From: Candidatus Poribacteria bacterium
GTDB taxonomy: Bacteria; Poribacteria; WGA-4E; PCPOR2b
Assembly (NCBI GenBank): GCA_965116925.1
Contig: OZ220744.1
Span: 5,312,001-5,376,000, forward strand
Length of the DNA: 64,000 nucleotides
Direction: 5' to 3'
Below the pieces are notes generated by a model. It was not told where the DNA came from. It did not search any database and was given only the letters and a program-made list of their open reading frames with translations. How positions within the stretch are numbered: position 1 is the stretch's first letter; each line of letters begins with the position of its first letter. Of the stretch, positions 38,741 to 49,544 are shown piece after piece. The translations under genes were made by a program, and so were the position numbers.

Positions 38741-40018
38741 ATGCCTACCCCCGACAAAATCCCTGAATGGGCAACAGCAGGATTCAACCACATCTGGCTA
38801 CCCTACACGCAGATGCAGACTGCACCGCTGCCACTGCCGGTTATCTCTGCCAGTGGCGTTCGACTGACCCTAGCCGATGGCAGGGAACTGATTGACGGTA
38901 TCGCGTCATGGTGGTGCGCCTGTCACGGATACCAACATCCCCATTTGGTAAAAGAGATCTCAAGCCAGCTTGATAGGTTATCCCACGTCATGTTTGCGGG
39001 ACTTGCCCATGAACCGGCTTATACACTTGCCCACCGTCTCGTGTCCATGGCACCAAAAGGATTAAGTCGTGTCTTCTTCTCCGACTCCGGTTCAGTAGCC
39101 GTTGAAGTAGCGATGAAAATGGCAGCACAGTTTTGGTCTAACCGAAAGGAACCGGACAAGCGCAAGTTTATCTGTTTCCAGAACGGTTATCACGGAGATA
39201 CCATGGGTGGTATGTCGCTCGCTGATCCCGATACGGGTATGCACCGAGTGTTAAATCATTACATGCCCGAACAGCACGTCTTCGACATCCCCAAAAACAG
39301 ATCTGATCTGGCTGCTTTTGTAGAATCGCTGCAGCGGATCAGAGAAACGGCGGCAGGGCTTGTGATCGAACCGCTGGTTCAGGCAGCAGGAGGAATGAAG
39401 TTCCATTCGCCCGAAATGCTCGCTGAAATCCATCAACTCTGCAAGAGGCACCGGATCCTTTTTATCGCCGATGAAATTGCCACCGGGTTCGGGCGCACCG
39501 GCAGCATGTTTGCCTGTGAGGAGGTCGGTATCACACCCGATATTATGTGTCTGGGCAAGGCTCTCACCGGTGGCATGGTAGGATTGGCTGCGACGTTAGC
39601 CACGGAGGAGGTATTTGAATCTTTCCTTTCGGACCGGCTAGAAACTGCGCTGATGCACGGTCCCACATTTATGGCGAATCCAATCGCATGTACAGCCGCC
39701 AATGCTTCGCTCGACCTGTTTGAAGGTGAACCCCGAATTGCACAAATCCAAGCAATTGAAACGCAGCTACAAGAGGAACTAAAACCGTGCCATAAACTGG
39801 AGAATGTCGTCGATGTGAGAGTGAAAGGAGCTATCGGGGTCGTTCAGTTGTCCAACGCGAGCGGAGGATATATACTTGCGCTCCGGGAGCGGTTTATAGA
39901 GGAGGGTGTGTGGCTTAGACCGTTTAGCAATGTTGTTTATATCATGCCCGCCTTTACAATCTCACCAACAGAATTAACGCGACTCACTGATGCAGTGTTT
40001 AAGATCTTAGCAGGATAG
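38741..40018 (+). CDS. bioA: Adenosylmethionine--8-amino-7-oxononanoate transaminase
   Basis: HIWLPYTQM; IDGIASWW; DSGSVAVEVAMKMA; YHGDT; DEIATGFGRTG; LGKALTGG; HGPTFMANP. Confidence 0.95.
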   Translation: MPTPDKIPEWATAGFNHIWLPYTQMQTAPLPLPVISASGVRLTLADGRELIDGIASWWCACHGYQHPHLVKEISSQLDRLSHVMFAGLAHEPAYTLAHRLVSMAPKGLSRVFFSDSGSVAVEVAMKMAAQFWSNRKEPDKRKFICFQNGYHGDTMGGMSLADPDTGMHRVLNHYMPEQHVFDIPKNRSDLAAFVESLQRIRETAAGLVIEPLVQAAGGMKFHSPEMLAEIHQLCKRHRILFIADEIATGFGRTGSMFACEEVGITPDIMCLGKALTGGMVGLAATLATEEVFESFLSDRLETALMHGPTFMANPIACTAANASLDLFEGEPRIAQIQAIETQLQEELKPCHKLENVVDVRVKGAIGVVQLSNASGGYILALRERFIEEGVWLRPFSNVVYIMPAFTISPTELTRLTDAVFKILAG

Positions 40019-40039
40019 TTACCGCTCCACCCCATCCTA

Positions 40040-41773
40040 CTATTCCTCATGAGACGAATCAGGGGAATCCACACTCAAATCATCGAAGAACAGATCGAAA
40101 TGCACAAGACATGCAGCGTCCGGCTGCTCGACGCCATAAGCACTCGCTGTAATCCCCAACTGCAACGCCGGATATTCCCGACGCAAATGGGCGGCAAACT
40201 GAAAAAGCCATCGATAAATCACGCTGATCGACTCAGCACGTGTATAATGCTGATGTCCCAGTGCATCGCAGCCTTTTAAGAGGCTGCCCGGTGCCCCCAA
40301 AATCGGGCGATCTAAGATGAGTAGGTCCGCTGCTGTTTCTTCGAGCAACGTTTTTACAGCCTGTGTGAGATAGTAACCGTAATCACTCAAAACACAATAA
40401 ACTACCGGGGCTGCTTCGTAAGTTGCGGACTGCTGCGCTTCCCTCTCGTCTTGTTCCTCTTCTCCATCCGCATCGTGACTTTTCAGCACTGCCTGCCACT
40501 TGAACACCGGCACCGGTGCCAATTGCCACTCCGGACGATCTAAAACCGATGTGTGAATCTCAGCAATCGGGAGACGGATCCCGAACTTACCCCCACCTTC
40601 ATGCGCCCGTTTACTTATCTGCTTTACTGTTTGTAGATCTTCGATGTCCCAGTCATAATCGAGGGCAATCCAATCTCCGGGGCGTATTGATTCTATTGAC
40701 ATCTCCCATTCATCTTCGAGTGCTATCCATCGAATTTCGGGGATTTGTAGCCTTGCATCTTTAGAATATGGTGGAACATACGCCAAGCCATTCTGATTAA
40801 TCTTTTCAATCGCAGCTTGGAGATCTCCTTCAACAAGCATCGTCCAGATTTTGGAGCTGTTTACAGACTGACCTGGCGGGACTCGGATTTCAGTCCCATT
40901 GATAGCCGTTGTCGGTCTTAAACCAATCGACACAGCCCCGCGATCTGAATAGACCGCGTAATATTTGAGGAGACCTGCGCTCTCATTCCCTAGCACCACA
41001 CTGCCATCAATGCTAGTATCACCTACCAGAATAAAAGCATCCGATGTACTCCCTTCCCAAGGCGTTGGCAGTGGCTCGTCTGCTATTCCCGAAATTCCAC
41101 CCCACCAGATTTGAAGGCTGTCTGCCTGCTCTACAAACAGAGGGAGAGACTCAATTACTATATCTTCCACAAAAAAGGCTGAATCCGTCAGATTCTGAAT
41201 CGTCAGCCACTTGCGAATCACCGGCAGGTCTGGATAAATCTCGTAGTGAACCCACAGATAAAAAGCCGGTTGTGTTTCTCCGTCAGAAGTGTATGTGAAT
41301 TGAACCGTCACCCGTTTGCTCCCGCCAACTTTCTGGACAATTCGATAATCGTTATAAGTCAGCAGGTTACTATCTCCAGAAAAGACTATCTCCCCGATCC
41401 GAAACCGAAATTCCTCACTCGGTCGATTGATATAGTTTTGCCCTGAAGGTTTGCCAGCATAGCGAATCGTCTGAACCGTGTGCCCTTCTTGATTCAAACG
41501 CAGCCAGCGTTCTATGGAATCATTCGCCATGTAAAGTATGCCAGCTTTTAGATCGAAACCGGCGTAGACACCCATTTTCTTCAATGGCTGCAGCTGCGCC
41601 CTCAGATCAGCAATCGAAACTGTACCCTGATCCCTATTACTGCTTCCGGCGCAGCCAATACAGATCAGAAAGATAGGTATGTAAAACAACTTTAGGTGGG
41701 AAATATGAGATGCGTGAAGTCTGAGGAAATGGAAATTTAGATGTGTCATGCCATTTTTACTCGGCATTGTCAA
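40040..41773 (-). CDS. Putative lipoprotein distantly related to GH36 alpha-galactosidases (start uncertain)
   Basis: Lipobox-like ICIGC; YEIYPDLPVIRKWLTIQN; GGKFGIRL; degenerate catalytic motifs. Confidence 0.55.
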   Translation of the reverse strand: MTMPSKNGMTHLNFHFLRLHASHISHLKLFYIPIFLICIGCAGSSNRDQGTVSIADLRAQLQPLKKMGVYAGFDLKAGILYMANDSIERWLRLNQEGHTVQTIRYAGKPSGQNYINRPSEEFRFRIGEIVFSGDSNLLTYNDYRIVQKVGGSKRVTVQFTYTSDGETQPAFYLWVHYEIYPDLPVIRKWLTIQNLTDSAFFVEDIVIESLPLFVEQADSLQIWWGGISGIADEPLPTPWEGSTSDAFILVGDTSIDGSVVLGNESAGLLKYYAVYSDRGAVSIGLRPTTAINGTEIRVPPGQSVNSSKIWTMLVEGDLQAAIEKINQNGLAYVPPYSKDARLQIPEIRWIALEDEWEMSIESIRPGDWIALDYDWDIEDLQTVKQISKRAHEGGGKFGIRLPIAEIHTSVLDRPEWQLAPVPVFKWQAVLKSHDADGEEEQDEREAQQSATYEAAPVVYCVLSDYGYYLTQAVKTLLEETAADLLILDRPILGAPGSLLKGCDALGHQHYTRAESISVIYRWLFQFAAHLRREYPALQLGITASAYGVEQPDAACLVHFDLFFDDLSVDSPDSSHEE

Positions 41774-41822
41774 AAGGGGGGACCATTCTTGATTGGTAAT
41801 GAGGTATTATCGTCCACACAGA

Positions 41823-42797
41823 TCACAAAGCCTCTGTGATGAGGGAATATAGTTTCGGGACGGTGCGATCAAAATCCCCAGAGATATGGTAACCCTCACC
41901 ACCATCCTTCACAGTGCGGACCAGGATTGTCTTCTTAGGTCGGTGGTAGTAGTGGGCGTCTGTTGGACTGCCCTCCTCCCGGAAATCGGAAAATTCAATC
42001 AGATCAAAGTTAGCTGTAGTAAAATGCCGGATCTCTTCACCGCGTTGCGCGGCGATGTTTCGAGCCATCGACAGACTTTTGAGATAGACCTCCGGTCCCA
42101 TCACCGCAGACCCTAAGTTAAGAAACACGCCTCCCTCCAATTTCGATACACTGTAAGCAAAGCGCAGGAAGTCTTCACCGGTTGTGTAGCCCATCGCAGC
42201 GTAATCGGCAGCGGGGTGTTGGTCGATGATGTCGTACCCGATCCCTTTATGCACGGTCATCGGAATCTCTAAACGATATGCTGCTGCAAACATGCTGATC
42301 TCTCGGTGCGGAAATTTAACGCCAGCCTCTCCATTTTGAATGAGACGACCGATCGCCTCGCCGAAGCCGATTTTGTCGTGATAGCCGCGGACGATTGCTT
42401 CGTTGATGTAACGTCCCGTCTCCTCCCAGTTGCCAAATTTTCCATCCCAGATATACCGTTCTACATCCTCCAGCGTCGCACCGATTAGAGCAAGCTCAAA
42501 ATCGTGGATCGCACCGGCACCGTTTGTTGCCAGATGTGTGAGGATACCGCGTTCCATCAAATCGATGATATATCGTGAATTGCCCCGTCGCATGACGTGT
42601 GCCCCCATCATCCATATCACCTGTTTCCCCGCCTGATGGGCTTGAATTATCCGATCCGCCACTATTCGCAAATGGTCGTTTTCATACGGCGGCGTCTCCG
42701 CGTCTAGCGGGTAGATATCCGCAACGGTCATTTTATGTTCCCGTTTAGCTAACGGTAGAATCTGTAACCGCCTCCGATCCAATTTTGGATACACCAC
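41823..42797 (-). CDS. Conserved protein with probable deoxyhypusine-synthase-like fold
   Basis: VIWMMGAHV; LATNGAGAIHDFE; GGVFLNLGSAVMGPEVYLK. Confidence 0.6.
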   Translation of the reverse strand: MVYPKLDRRRLQILPLAKREHKMTVADIYPLDAETPPYENDHLRIVADRIIQAHQAGKQVIWMMGAHVMRRGNSRYIIDLMERGILTHLATNGAGAIHDFELALIGATLEDVERYIWDGKFGNWEETGRYINEAIVRGYHDKIGFGEAIGRLIQNGEAGVKFPHREISMFAAAYRLEIPMTVHKGIGYDIIDQHPAADYAAMGYTTGEDFLRFAYSVSKLEGGVFLNLGSAVMGPEVYLKSLSMARNIAAQRGEEIRHFTTANFDLIEFSDFREEGSPTDAHYYHRPKKTILVRTVKDGGEGYHISGDFDRTVPKLYSLITEAL

Positions 42798-42876
42798 AAG
42801 TCTATATCCCCCTGATTGCTAGTACACTGTCAGACAAATTATGATTGTCTATATGGATTGAGACTCATAATACTTC

Positions 42877-42900
42877 GTAGGGGTCGGGTCACCCGACCCC
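42877..42900 (+). repeat. GTAG REP-like hairpin
   Basis: GTAGGGGTCGGGTCACCCGACCCC. Confidence 0.65.
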
Positions 42901-42932
42901 CTTGTTGTATGCAAAACTTATATGACTGAGCA

Positions 42933-43889
42933 CTAGCCAAACACAGAATACGGCAGCGGTTCTCCCTGTAATCCAGCCAAGAGATTCTCAGCCGCCATCG
43001 TTGCCATCCGTGTGCGGGTCTGTAACGTTGAACTACCCAGATGCGGGAAGATGAGAGCGTTGTCAAGTGTCAACAGTGGATCGTCCGTCGGGATAGGCTC
43101 TGGGTCTGTTACATCGAGTGCGGCCCGTGCGATCTCCCCGGTCTTTAATGCCTCGTACAGTGCCGCTGAATCCACCACCGGTCCCCGCGCAATATTTACA
43201 AGGATTGCTGTGGGCTTCATCTTTTTGAACTCTTCCGTACTAATCAGATGGTGAGTCTCTGGCGTCATCGGAACGTGCAAGGTGATAAAGTCAGATTCTT
43301 CGAGTACGCGATCAAAAGTAGCATACTCAATGCTCAACTCCGCTTCCCAATCTTCGCGGCGAGTCCGCTTATAATACAGAACCCGCATATCGAATCCTAA
43401 CGCCCTTTTGGCAACCTCATAACCGATTCTACCCATGCCGATGATGCCGAGCGTTGCGTGATGCACGTCGTATCCGTGGAAGATATTTGGATCGTAGCAT
43501 GTCCAACGCTTTTCCTGGACGTAGACACTAGCGGGGCAAAGATGTCGTGCCGCTGCAAGGAGTTGCGCGAAGGTCGTATCAGCGGTAGTTTCGCTTAACA
43601 CGCCGGGCGTATTGCCAACTGCAACGCCTTGTGCTTTCGCAGCCTCTGCGTCAATGTGATTATATCCGACACCGACGTTGGAGATTACCTTAAGATTTGG
43701 CGCGCTAGCGATCATCTCTGCTGTTACGGGTTCGTGGCTATAAGTGACTAGCCCATCAAGCCCCGGCAACCGCTCCGCAGTCGGGGGTAGAATTTCGCTC
43801 GTATGCCATATATCAACTTCACATTCTACCTCAATCATTGCCAAGGCTTTTTCTGGGATCGGACGGGTAATAAAAATTTTCGGCTTCAA
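42933..43889 (-). CDS. D-2-hydroxyacid dehydrogenase (glyoxylate reductase/D-glycerate dehydrogenase-like)
   Basis: GVGYNHID; NTPGVL; GIIGMGRIG; VNIARG; LDVTDPEP; PHLGS. Confidence 0.93.
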   Translation of the reverse strand: MKPKIFITRPIPEKALAMIEVECEVDIWHTSEILPPTAERLPGLDGLVTYSHEPVTAEMIASAPNLKVISNVGVGYNHIDAEAAKAQGVAVGNTPGVLSETTADTTFAQLLAAARHLCPASVYVQEKRWTCYDPNIFHGYDVHHATLGIIGMGRIGYEVAKRALGFDMRVLYYKRTRREDWEAELSIEYATFDRVLEESDFITLHVPMTPETHHLISTEEFKKMKPTAILVNIARGPVVDSAALYEALKTGEIARAALDVTDPEPIPTDDPLLTLDNALIFPHLGSSTLQTRTRMATMAAENLLAGLQGEPLPYSVFG

Positions 43890-44107
43890 TGATGATACCT
43901 CCTGCGTGAAACGCTATAGGTGATGAATGATACGAAGCAACTCGCTATAAACCAACCGTGAACCGGGAATTTTATGTAAACCTATTTTAGGACGGGACAA
44001 ACTGCCTGACTTCAGTTCTGTAATTTGATGGATGCCAGAATCCTGAGACCTGACAGACCCCGTGCGTGAACAACATCTCCTCTCGGGTGCCCTCCCCCTC
44101 TAAAAGG

Positions 44108-44135
44108 TTGACAATGCAACGGAAACGGCTATAAT
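44108..44135 (+). promoter_or_regulatory. Consensus sigma70 promoter
   Basis: TTGACA-16nt-TATAAT. Confidence 0.65.
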
Positions 44136-44240
44136 ATAGCCTAGAGGACTCGATGCGGTCTTTGCTCACCGATTGTATCAAATATTATAATCCACAAGAA
44201 ATGTATTCTCAAGAGGTTTCTGTCTTCGCTAGCCCTCCCT

Positions 44241-46223
44241 ATGAAAAACGGTATAAGTCCGAAAGAAATTGCATTGCCCCCCCAAGCCCAACAACCACAG
44301 ATTCGTTGGAACGTGATCTGGCTAGGTCTAGGACTCATCTTTATCAACAACTACTGGTTATTTGCGATGTTGCGGTGGGAACAGGGCCTCCCAACGACCA
44401 TGTCGCTTTTCTTCAATGTGATTTTTATTTTTGTGTTTGTGGTGGTGGTGAACTTTGGGCTCATTCGGTTTTCGCCGAACTTGGCATTAACGCAGGGCGA
44501 ATTGTTGACGCTCTATGCAATGCTCTCCATCGCCTCCGCAATCGGCGGGCATGACCTGTTCCAAGTCGTTGTCACCAATATCGCGGTCGTCGGCTGGATG
44601 TCAAACGAGGAAAACGAATGGGCGACACTGTTTCACCACTACCTCCCTGATTGGCTAGCACTGACTGACAAAAAAAGTATCACACCCTATTTCGTTGGGG
44701 ACTCCAGTCTTTATCTCCCGGAAAATCTTCGGTTATGGTGGCAGCCCGTCCTTGCATGGTCTGGATTTATCATCGTCCTCCTTTTCACCGCTTTCTGCAT
44801 CAACGCCATCCTGCGGAAACAGTGGATTGAAGCGGAACGGCTCAGCTATCCAATCATCGAGCTCCCGCAGCAAATGACCACGACAGATTTCTTTCGGAAT
44901 CGATTAATGTGGGCAGGATTCGTTCTCGCCGGCGGCATGGATCTCATCAACGGGCTGCATTTCCTGTTTCCCATCATCCCCGGACTCGGTGGCGAATTTT
45001 TTGATCTGCGCCCATTCTTTACCACAAAACCGTGGAACGCTATCGGTTGGACACCGATCGTTATCTTCCCTTTCGCCATTGGGATGGGATATTTTATCCC
45101 CCTTGATCTCTCCTTTACCTTCTGGTTCTTCTACGTTTTCTGGAAATTTGAAATGATTATGGGGAGTGTTTTCGGTCTTCAGCATATCCCCGGTTTTCCC
45201 TTCATCTTTGATCAATCATTCGGGGTCTGTGTTGGTGTGCTGATTCTTACGCTATGGGGGGCACGGCGTCATTTGCGAACCGTGCTCGTGAGTGCATGGC
45301 GGGGGCCCTCTCCTCATAGATTTCCTAATTCGCCGGATAAGGAATCGGGACAGGTGGATCCGTCAAGTCGAGACATCGAAGCTAACGAACCAATCTCCTA
45401 TCGTACCGCTGTACTCGGACTGATTATTGGCTTCACGCTATTGGTCGGTTTTTGGGCGGTAGCAGGACTACCCCTTTGGGTCGCGTTTCTCGTTATCGTC
45501 ATCCATTTCACAACGGTAACCGTTATTACCCGTATCCGCGCGGAGTTAGGACCACCCATCCACGATCTGCGTGCCATGGGCCCCGATGTTCTACTGCCAA
45601 AGATGTTCGGTATGCGACAGCTAGGGGCAAGAAGTCTCACCCTGTTCTCACTTGTATATTGTTTCAATCGTGCCTATCGGGGCAACGCCATGCCACACCA
45701 GCTAGAGGCGTTGAAACTCGCAGAGCGAACGGGGGTGTCGTCACGCCGTGTCGGATACGCGATACTGCTTGCAGTTGTTCTCAGTCCATTGACTTCGTTC
45801 TGGTTCTCACTCCACATCGGCTACAAGTCCGGCGCGTGGGAGGTTTGGTATGGATCCATCTTTCGACGCACCCAAAGCTGGCTCACCAACCCGGCACCTG
45901 TCGACGTGCTGTCAATCTTGGCAATGTGTTTCGGGGCAGTCTTCACCTTCCTGCTCACTGCTGTGCGCACACGTTTTGTTTGGTGGCCCCTATACCCAGT
46001 TGGATATGGCATCTCCGGCACATGGGCTGTCAATTTTTTCTGGTTTTCGGTGTTCATCAGTTGGATAATTAAGTGGTGTATCCTGCGTTTTGGTGGCTTA
46101 AAGACATTTCGCAGTCTAGCACCGTTCTTCCTCGGATTGATACTGGGCGAATTTCTCGTCGGCGGGGTGTGGGCACTGATTGGTGTGGTGTTAGAAAAGC
46201 CGATGTATCGATTCATCTGGTAA
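44241..46223 (+). CDS. Large polytopic membrane protein (DUF6785/DUF6784-like putative transporter)
   Basis: LTQGELLTLY; LRKQWIEAERLSYPI; RIRAELG; WWPLYPVGY; PFFLGLILGE. Confidence 0.7.
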   Translation: MKNGISPKEIALPPQAQQPQIRWNVIWLGLGLIFINNYWLFAMLRWEQGLPTTMSLFFNVIFIFVFVVVVNFGLIRFSPNLALTQGELLTLYAMLSIASAIGGHDLFQVVVTNIAVVGWMSNEENEWATLFHHYLPDWLALTDKKSITPYFVGDSSLYLPENLRLWWQPVLAWSGFIIVLLFTAFCINAILRKQWIEAERLSYPIIELPQQMTTTDFFRNRLMWAGFVLAGGMDLINGLHFLFPIIPGLGGEFFDLRPFFTTKPWNAIGWTPIVIFPFAIGMGYFIPLDLSFTFWFFYVFWKFEMIMGSVFGLQHIPGFPFIFDQSFGVCVGVLILTLWGARRHLRTVLVSAWRGPSPHRFPNSPDKESGQVDPSSRDIEANEPISYRTAVLGLIIGFTLLVGFWAVAGLPLWVAFLVIVIHFTTVTVITRIRAELGPPIHDLRAMGPDVLLPKMFGMRQLGARSLTLFSLVYCFNRAYRGNAMPHQLEALKLAERTGVSSRRVGYAILLAVVLSPLTSFWFSLHIGYKSGAWEVWYGSIFRRTQSWLTNPAPVDVLSILAMCFGAVFTFLLTAVRTRFVWWPLYPVGYGISGTWAVNFFWFSVFISWIIKWCILRFGGLKTFRSLAPFFLGLILGEFLVGGVWALIGVVLEKPMYRFIW

Positions 46224-46307
46224 ATCGGGTGTCCTACGCTTACTCCCGTTGGATTTGGCAGTCCGAATCGAGCAGGACAGAAACTTCTATCGTCCATGAC
46301 AAAACGA

Positions 46308-46336
46308 TTGCAATTCCGAAAAGCATACAGTATAAT
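46308..46336 (+). promoter_or_regulatory. Sigma70-type promoter of tatAC
   Basis: TTGCAA-17nt-TATAAT. Confidence 0.55.
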
Positions 46337-46423
46337 ATCAATGTTTTAGGTCGGGGCAGCTTAAAATAGTGAGGTGCCATAGACTTTCAACGTCACAACC
46401 TTCATTTTTTAGGAGGAATCACC

Positions 46424-46630
46424 ATGCCAATTGGCCCAATGGAACTGATTATTATCCTTGTCATTGCGCTTGTAGTTTTCGGTCCCAAACGTCTACCAGA
46501 TATGGGCCGTTCACTTGGAAAAGCGATTCGAGAGTTTAGGAACGCCGGCAAAGAAATTCAGAACGATATTGTCGAATCAATTGATGAAAATGAGCGTGAT
46601 TCGACCAAATCTGCGAATAAGACGGTTTAG
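46424..46630 (+). CDS. tatA: Twin-arginine translocase TatA/E
   Basis: IGPMELIIILVIALVVFGPKRLPDMGRSLGKAIREFR. Confidence 0.95.
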   Translation: MPIGPMELIIILVIALVVFGPKRLPDMGRSLGKAIREFRNAGKEIQNDIVESIDENERDSTKSANKTV

Positions 46631-46638
46631 TTATCAGC

Positions 46639-47472
46639 ATGGCTTCTGATGCGTCGATGTCCTTTTTGGATCACCTTGAAGAACTTCGCCGACGGCTTAT
46701 CATTTCCCTGATTGCGATTGCGGTATGTGTGTTTATAAGCCTGTTGTTTACTGACACCGAACCGGCTATGAAAATCCTGAGGCGCCCCGCTGACCTCCCA
46801 CTCAACGCACAATTGGCGAATTGGATAGATCGGGGTGTGAATTCAGATGGCTCATTCATGGGGTTTCTGTCAATTGCCTTGCGGGCGAGGGCTGTGAGCA
46901 CGGTTCAGTTTAATAAAACTGGACCTGGCGAAGCTATCATGGCTTTTATCAAGATTGCTGTTACCTTCGGAGTGCTGCTTGCATCGCCCATTGTGCTCTA
47001 TCAAGTGTGGGCGTTTATTTTCCCTGCCTTAACGCAGCAGGAGAGGAAGTTTGCGCTTCCACTATTTTTAATTATCGTTTTCTTCTTCCTTATTGGCGCG
47101 ACTTTTGCCTACTTTATCGTCTTACCCGTTGTCGTCCAATTTGCCGCGGGCCTCTTCGCTGATTCGGGCGTTCAAAACCTATGGAGTTTTGATAAGTATT
47201 TGGGGGTCTTAGTCGGTCTACTACTCGCTTTCGGTGTTGCATTTGAACTTCCGATTGTTATGGCGTTTCTGTCACGAATAGGCGTTATTAACGCCCAAGG
47301 TTTTCGAGAGCGACAACGATATGCCGTCATGTTCATCTTTGTTGCATCCGCGCTGTTGACACCGGCAGATCTACTGTCTATGCTATTAATGGCGATTCCA
47401 CTTATCTTGTTATATCAACTGGGGATCTTCCTCGCCTTTCTTGCAGAACAGGAGCCTGAAAGTGATGTCTAA
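46639..47472 (+). CDS. tatC: Twin-arginine translocase TatC
   Basis: MSFLDHLEELRRRL; YQVWAFIFPAL..QE; FGVAFELP; LTPAD. Confidence 0.95.
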   Translation: MASDASMSFLDHLEELRRRLIISLIAIAVCVFISLLFTDTEPAMKILRRPADLPLNAQLANWIDRGVNSDGSFMGFLSIALRARAVSTVQFNKTGPGEAIMAFIKIAVTFGVLLASPIVLYQVWAFIFPALTQQERKFALPLFLIIVFFFLIGATFAYFIVLPVVVQFAAGLFADSGVQNLWSFDKYLGVLVGLLLAFGVAFELPIVMAFLSRIGVINAQGFRERQRYAVMFIFVASALLTPADLLSMLLMAIPLILLYQLGIFLAFLAEQEPESDV

Positions 47473-48238
47473 TCTCAACTTGCAGGAACAGTTACGATTG
47501 TTGTACGAGTTTCAGCAGATTGACGCTGAAATTTTGACGATAGATAATAAACTCAAGTCAATCCCACTCAAGATTAAGAGGGCAGAGGCACAGCTTCAAC
47601 TCCATCAACGAAAGGTAGAAGAAAAACAGGCGCAACTAGCTGACGCAGAAAAGTTGCAGCGCTCCAAAACAGCGGAACTTGAGATGGAGGGCGAGCAACG
47701 TAGCAAATATCAAGCACAGTTGAGGGAGGTGAAAAGCAACAGAGAATACCAAGCACTGGATAAAGAGATCAGCTTTATCGAAGTAAAAGAAGCAGAAATA
47801 GAAGATGAGATTCTATCGGCAATGTTGCAAATAGACCAGTTTAACGAAGAGCTCACCCAACAACAGAAGGAATTTGGTGCCGAGCGGGAAAAACATAACG
47901 CACAAAAAACCGCATACGAACAGGAAGCGAAAAACCTTAAAGCAGCAATTGTAAAATGGCAAGGCAAACAACAAGACTTTGCTCACCAAATTGATTCCGG
48001 GTTAATAGACCAGTATCAAGCCCGGTTCAAACGTTACCGCAAGGGACTTGTGTCACTGGTTGTTGAAAATGCGTGTGGCAATTGTCATCTCACGATTCCG
48101 CCGCAAACGCTACAGGAGGCTCGTAGATATGAGCAACTTATCCGTTGTGGAAGTTGCAGGCTCATTCTTTACATCCCATCTCCTGCTCCTGACGATGTTC
48201 CCGCCGAAGAACCCGCATCCGGTTCGAGTCAGCCCTAA
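47465..48238 (+). CDS. Coiled-coil + C4 zinc-ribbon protein (DUF164-type)
   Basis: Long coiled coil; VKSNREYQAL..EI; CGNCHLTIPPQ...CGSC. Confidence 0.85.
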   Translation: MSNLNLQEQLRLLYEFQQIDAEILTIDNKLKSIPLKIKRAEAQLQLHQRKVEEKQAQLADAEKLQRSKTAELEMEGEQRSKYQAQLREVKSNREYQALDKEISFIEVKEAEIEDEILSAMLQIDQFNEELTQQQKEFGAEREKHNAQKTAYEQEAKNLKAAIVKWQGKQQDFAHQIDSGLIDQYQARFKRYRKGLVSLVVENACGNCHLTIPPQTLQEARRYEQLIRCGSCRLILYIPSPAPDDVPAEEPASGSSQP

Positions 48239-48491
48239 ATTTCCATCGCTGCACGCACCAAGAATTCTTTTTCCCGCCGATGTATAGCACGATAGTCCAG
48301 TCTGAACCCACCCCAATACTAGTATTAGGCGATTTGATTTTCCTGATGTACCTCCCCTACCAATGGAATATTTTTATTTGTAGCTACAAGTACTATTTTC
48401 TCATTTACACACGTTCTTATGAAACTAATTTAAAAATCTTGCGTTAGGCGCAGCATAACGATTGACTTGAAAGTTAGCTTGGAGAAGACAA

Positions 48492-49334
48492 ATGACCGTA
48501 ACAGAAAAATGGCTCATCCTTGTGGTGATACTACTCTTATCTGTATCTACCACCGGGTTATCAACAAATGCGTCAAATGCGTCTAAATCCGCCGAACCTA
48601 CAACTAAAACCAAATCTCCATTTCGTTTAAGCACTATTGTGCTCGATGCTGGACACGGGGGCAGAGACCCTGGCAACGTCGGCCCGGGACGCGAAGATGA
48701 AAAGGATATCAACTTGGTAATTACGCGTAAATTGGCATCACTGATTAGGGAAAAAACGACATACGACGTTTACCTCACCCGATCGGGAGACCGCTGGATT
48801 TCATTAGCAGACCGTGCCCATTTTGCCAATCAATTCCCAGCTAGCCAAACCTTGTTTATCAGCATCCACTGTAACTCACATCCCAATTCCCGTGTTCACG
48901 GATTGGAGAGTTATATCTTTAACTTAAAAGCGACCGATAAATTCGCAGAAGAATTAGCCAAATGGGAAAATGATGAAGAGGTCATCAGTCCCGTCGATTT
49001 TATCATCAGCAATCTATATAAAAGAGGCCTCGAAAAATATAGCTGGGAAGCCGCCCGCATTGTGCAATCTGTGCTTGTGTCGCACCTCGGTGCCCGAAAT
49101 CGGAATCGAAGTGCACCTGACAAAATGGTCAGGCGGGCACCTTTTCGCGTCCTCGTCGATACCAATATGCCAGCCCTTTTGGTCGAACTAGGATATTTAA
49201 CAAACAGAGCAGAGTATAAAAAACTCAGCTCTCCTACTTACCAAGACAAAGTGGTAAAAGCACTATTGAGAGCGATTCAGCAGTTCGATCAAGCTACACA
49301 GGATGTGAACCATATTGAGGTGCGGTTGCCTTAA
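48492..49334 (+). CDS. N-acetylmuramoyl-L-alanine amidase (Amidase_3), exported
   Basis: Signal peptide; VLDAGHGGRDPG; EKDINL; FISIHCNS; LVELGYLTN. Confidence 0.93.
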   Translation: MTVTEKWLILVVILLLSVSTTGLSTNASNASKSAEPTTKTKSPFRLSTIVLDAGHGGRDPGNVGPGREDEKDINLVITRKLASLIREKTTYDVYLTRSGDRWISLADRAHFANQFPASQTLFISIHCNSHPNSRVHGLESYIFNLKATDKFAEELAKWENDEEVISPVDFIISNLYKRGLEKYSWEAARIVQSVLVSHLGARNRNRSAPDKMVRRAPFRVLVDTNMPALLVELGYLTNRAEYKKLSSPTYQDKVVKALLRAIQQFDQATQDVNHIEVRLP

Positions 49335-49544
49335 CACGGATCTCGTCCTTGCACAGGTCCACCCACCTTGCACACTTTTTTAGTGTGGACGGATCGGAAA
49401 TTAGGAAGGAAAGTGGCGATCTGTTGGGCGATTTAGGCACCGGTGAACGACGGATCCTGTGGAGGAAAATTCGGCAGGTGAGTTGAAGTGCTAGCAGAAA
49501 AACGGAGGAAGGAAACATTATCTCAATCTTTAATCGAGAAGTTT

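Noticed and set aside
43960..44060. Cobalamin riboswitch-like fragments (GGGAA, CTGTAA, GCCAG, GACCTG)
   Set aside because: Core helices do not form and the region lies upstream of the predicted promoter; more likely a decayed repeat.
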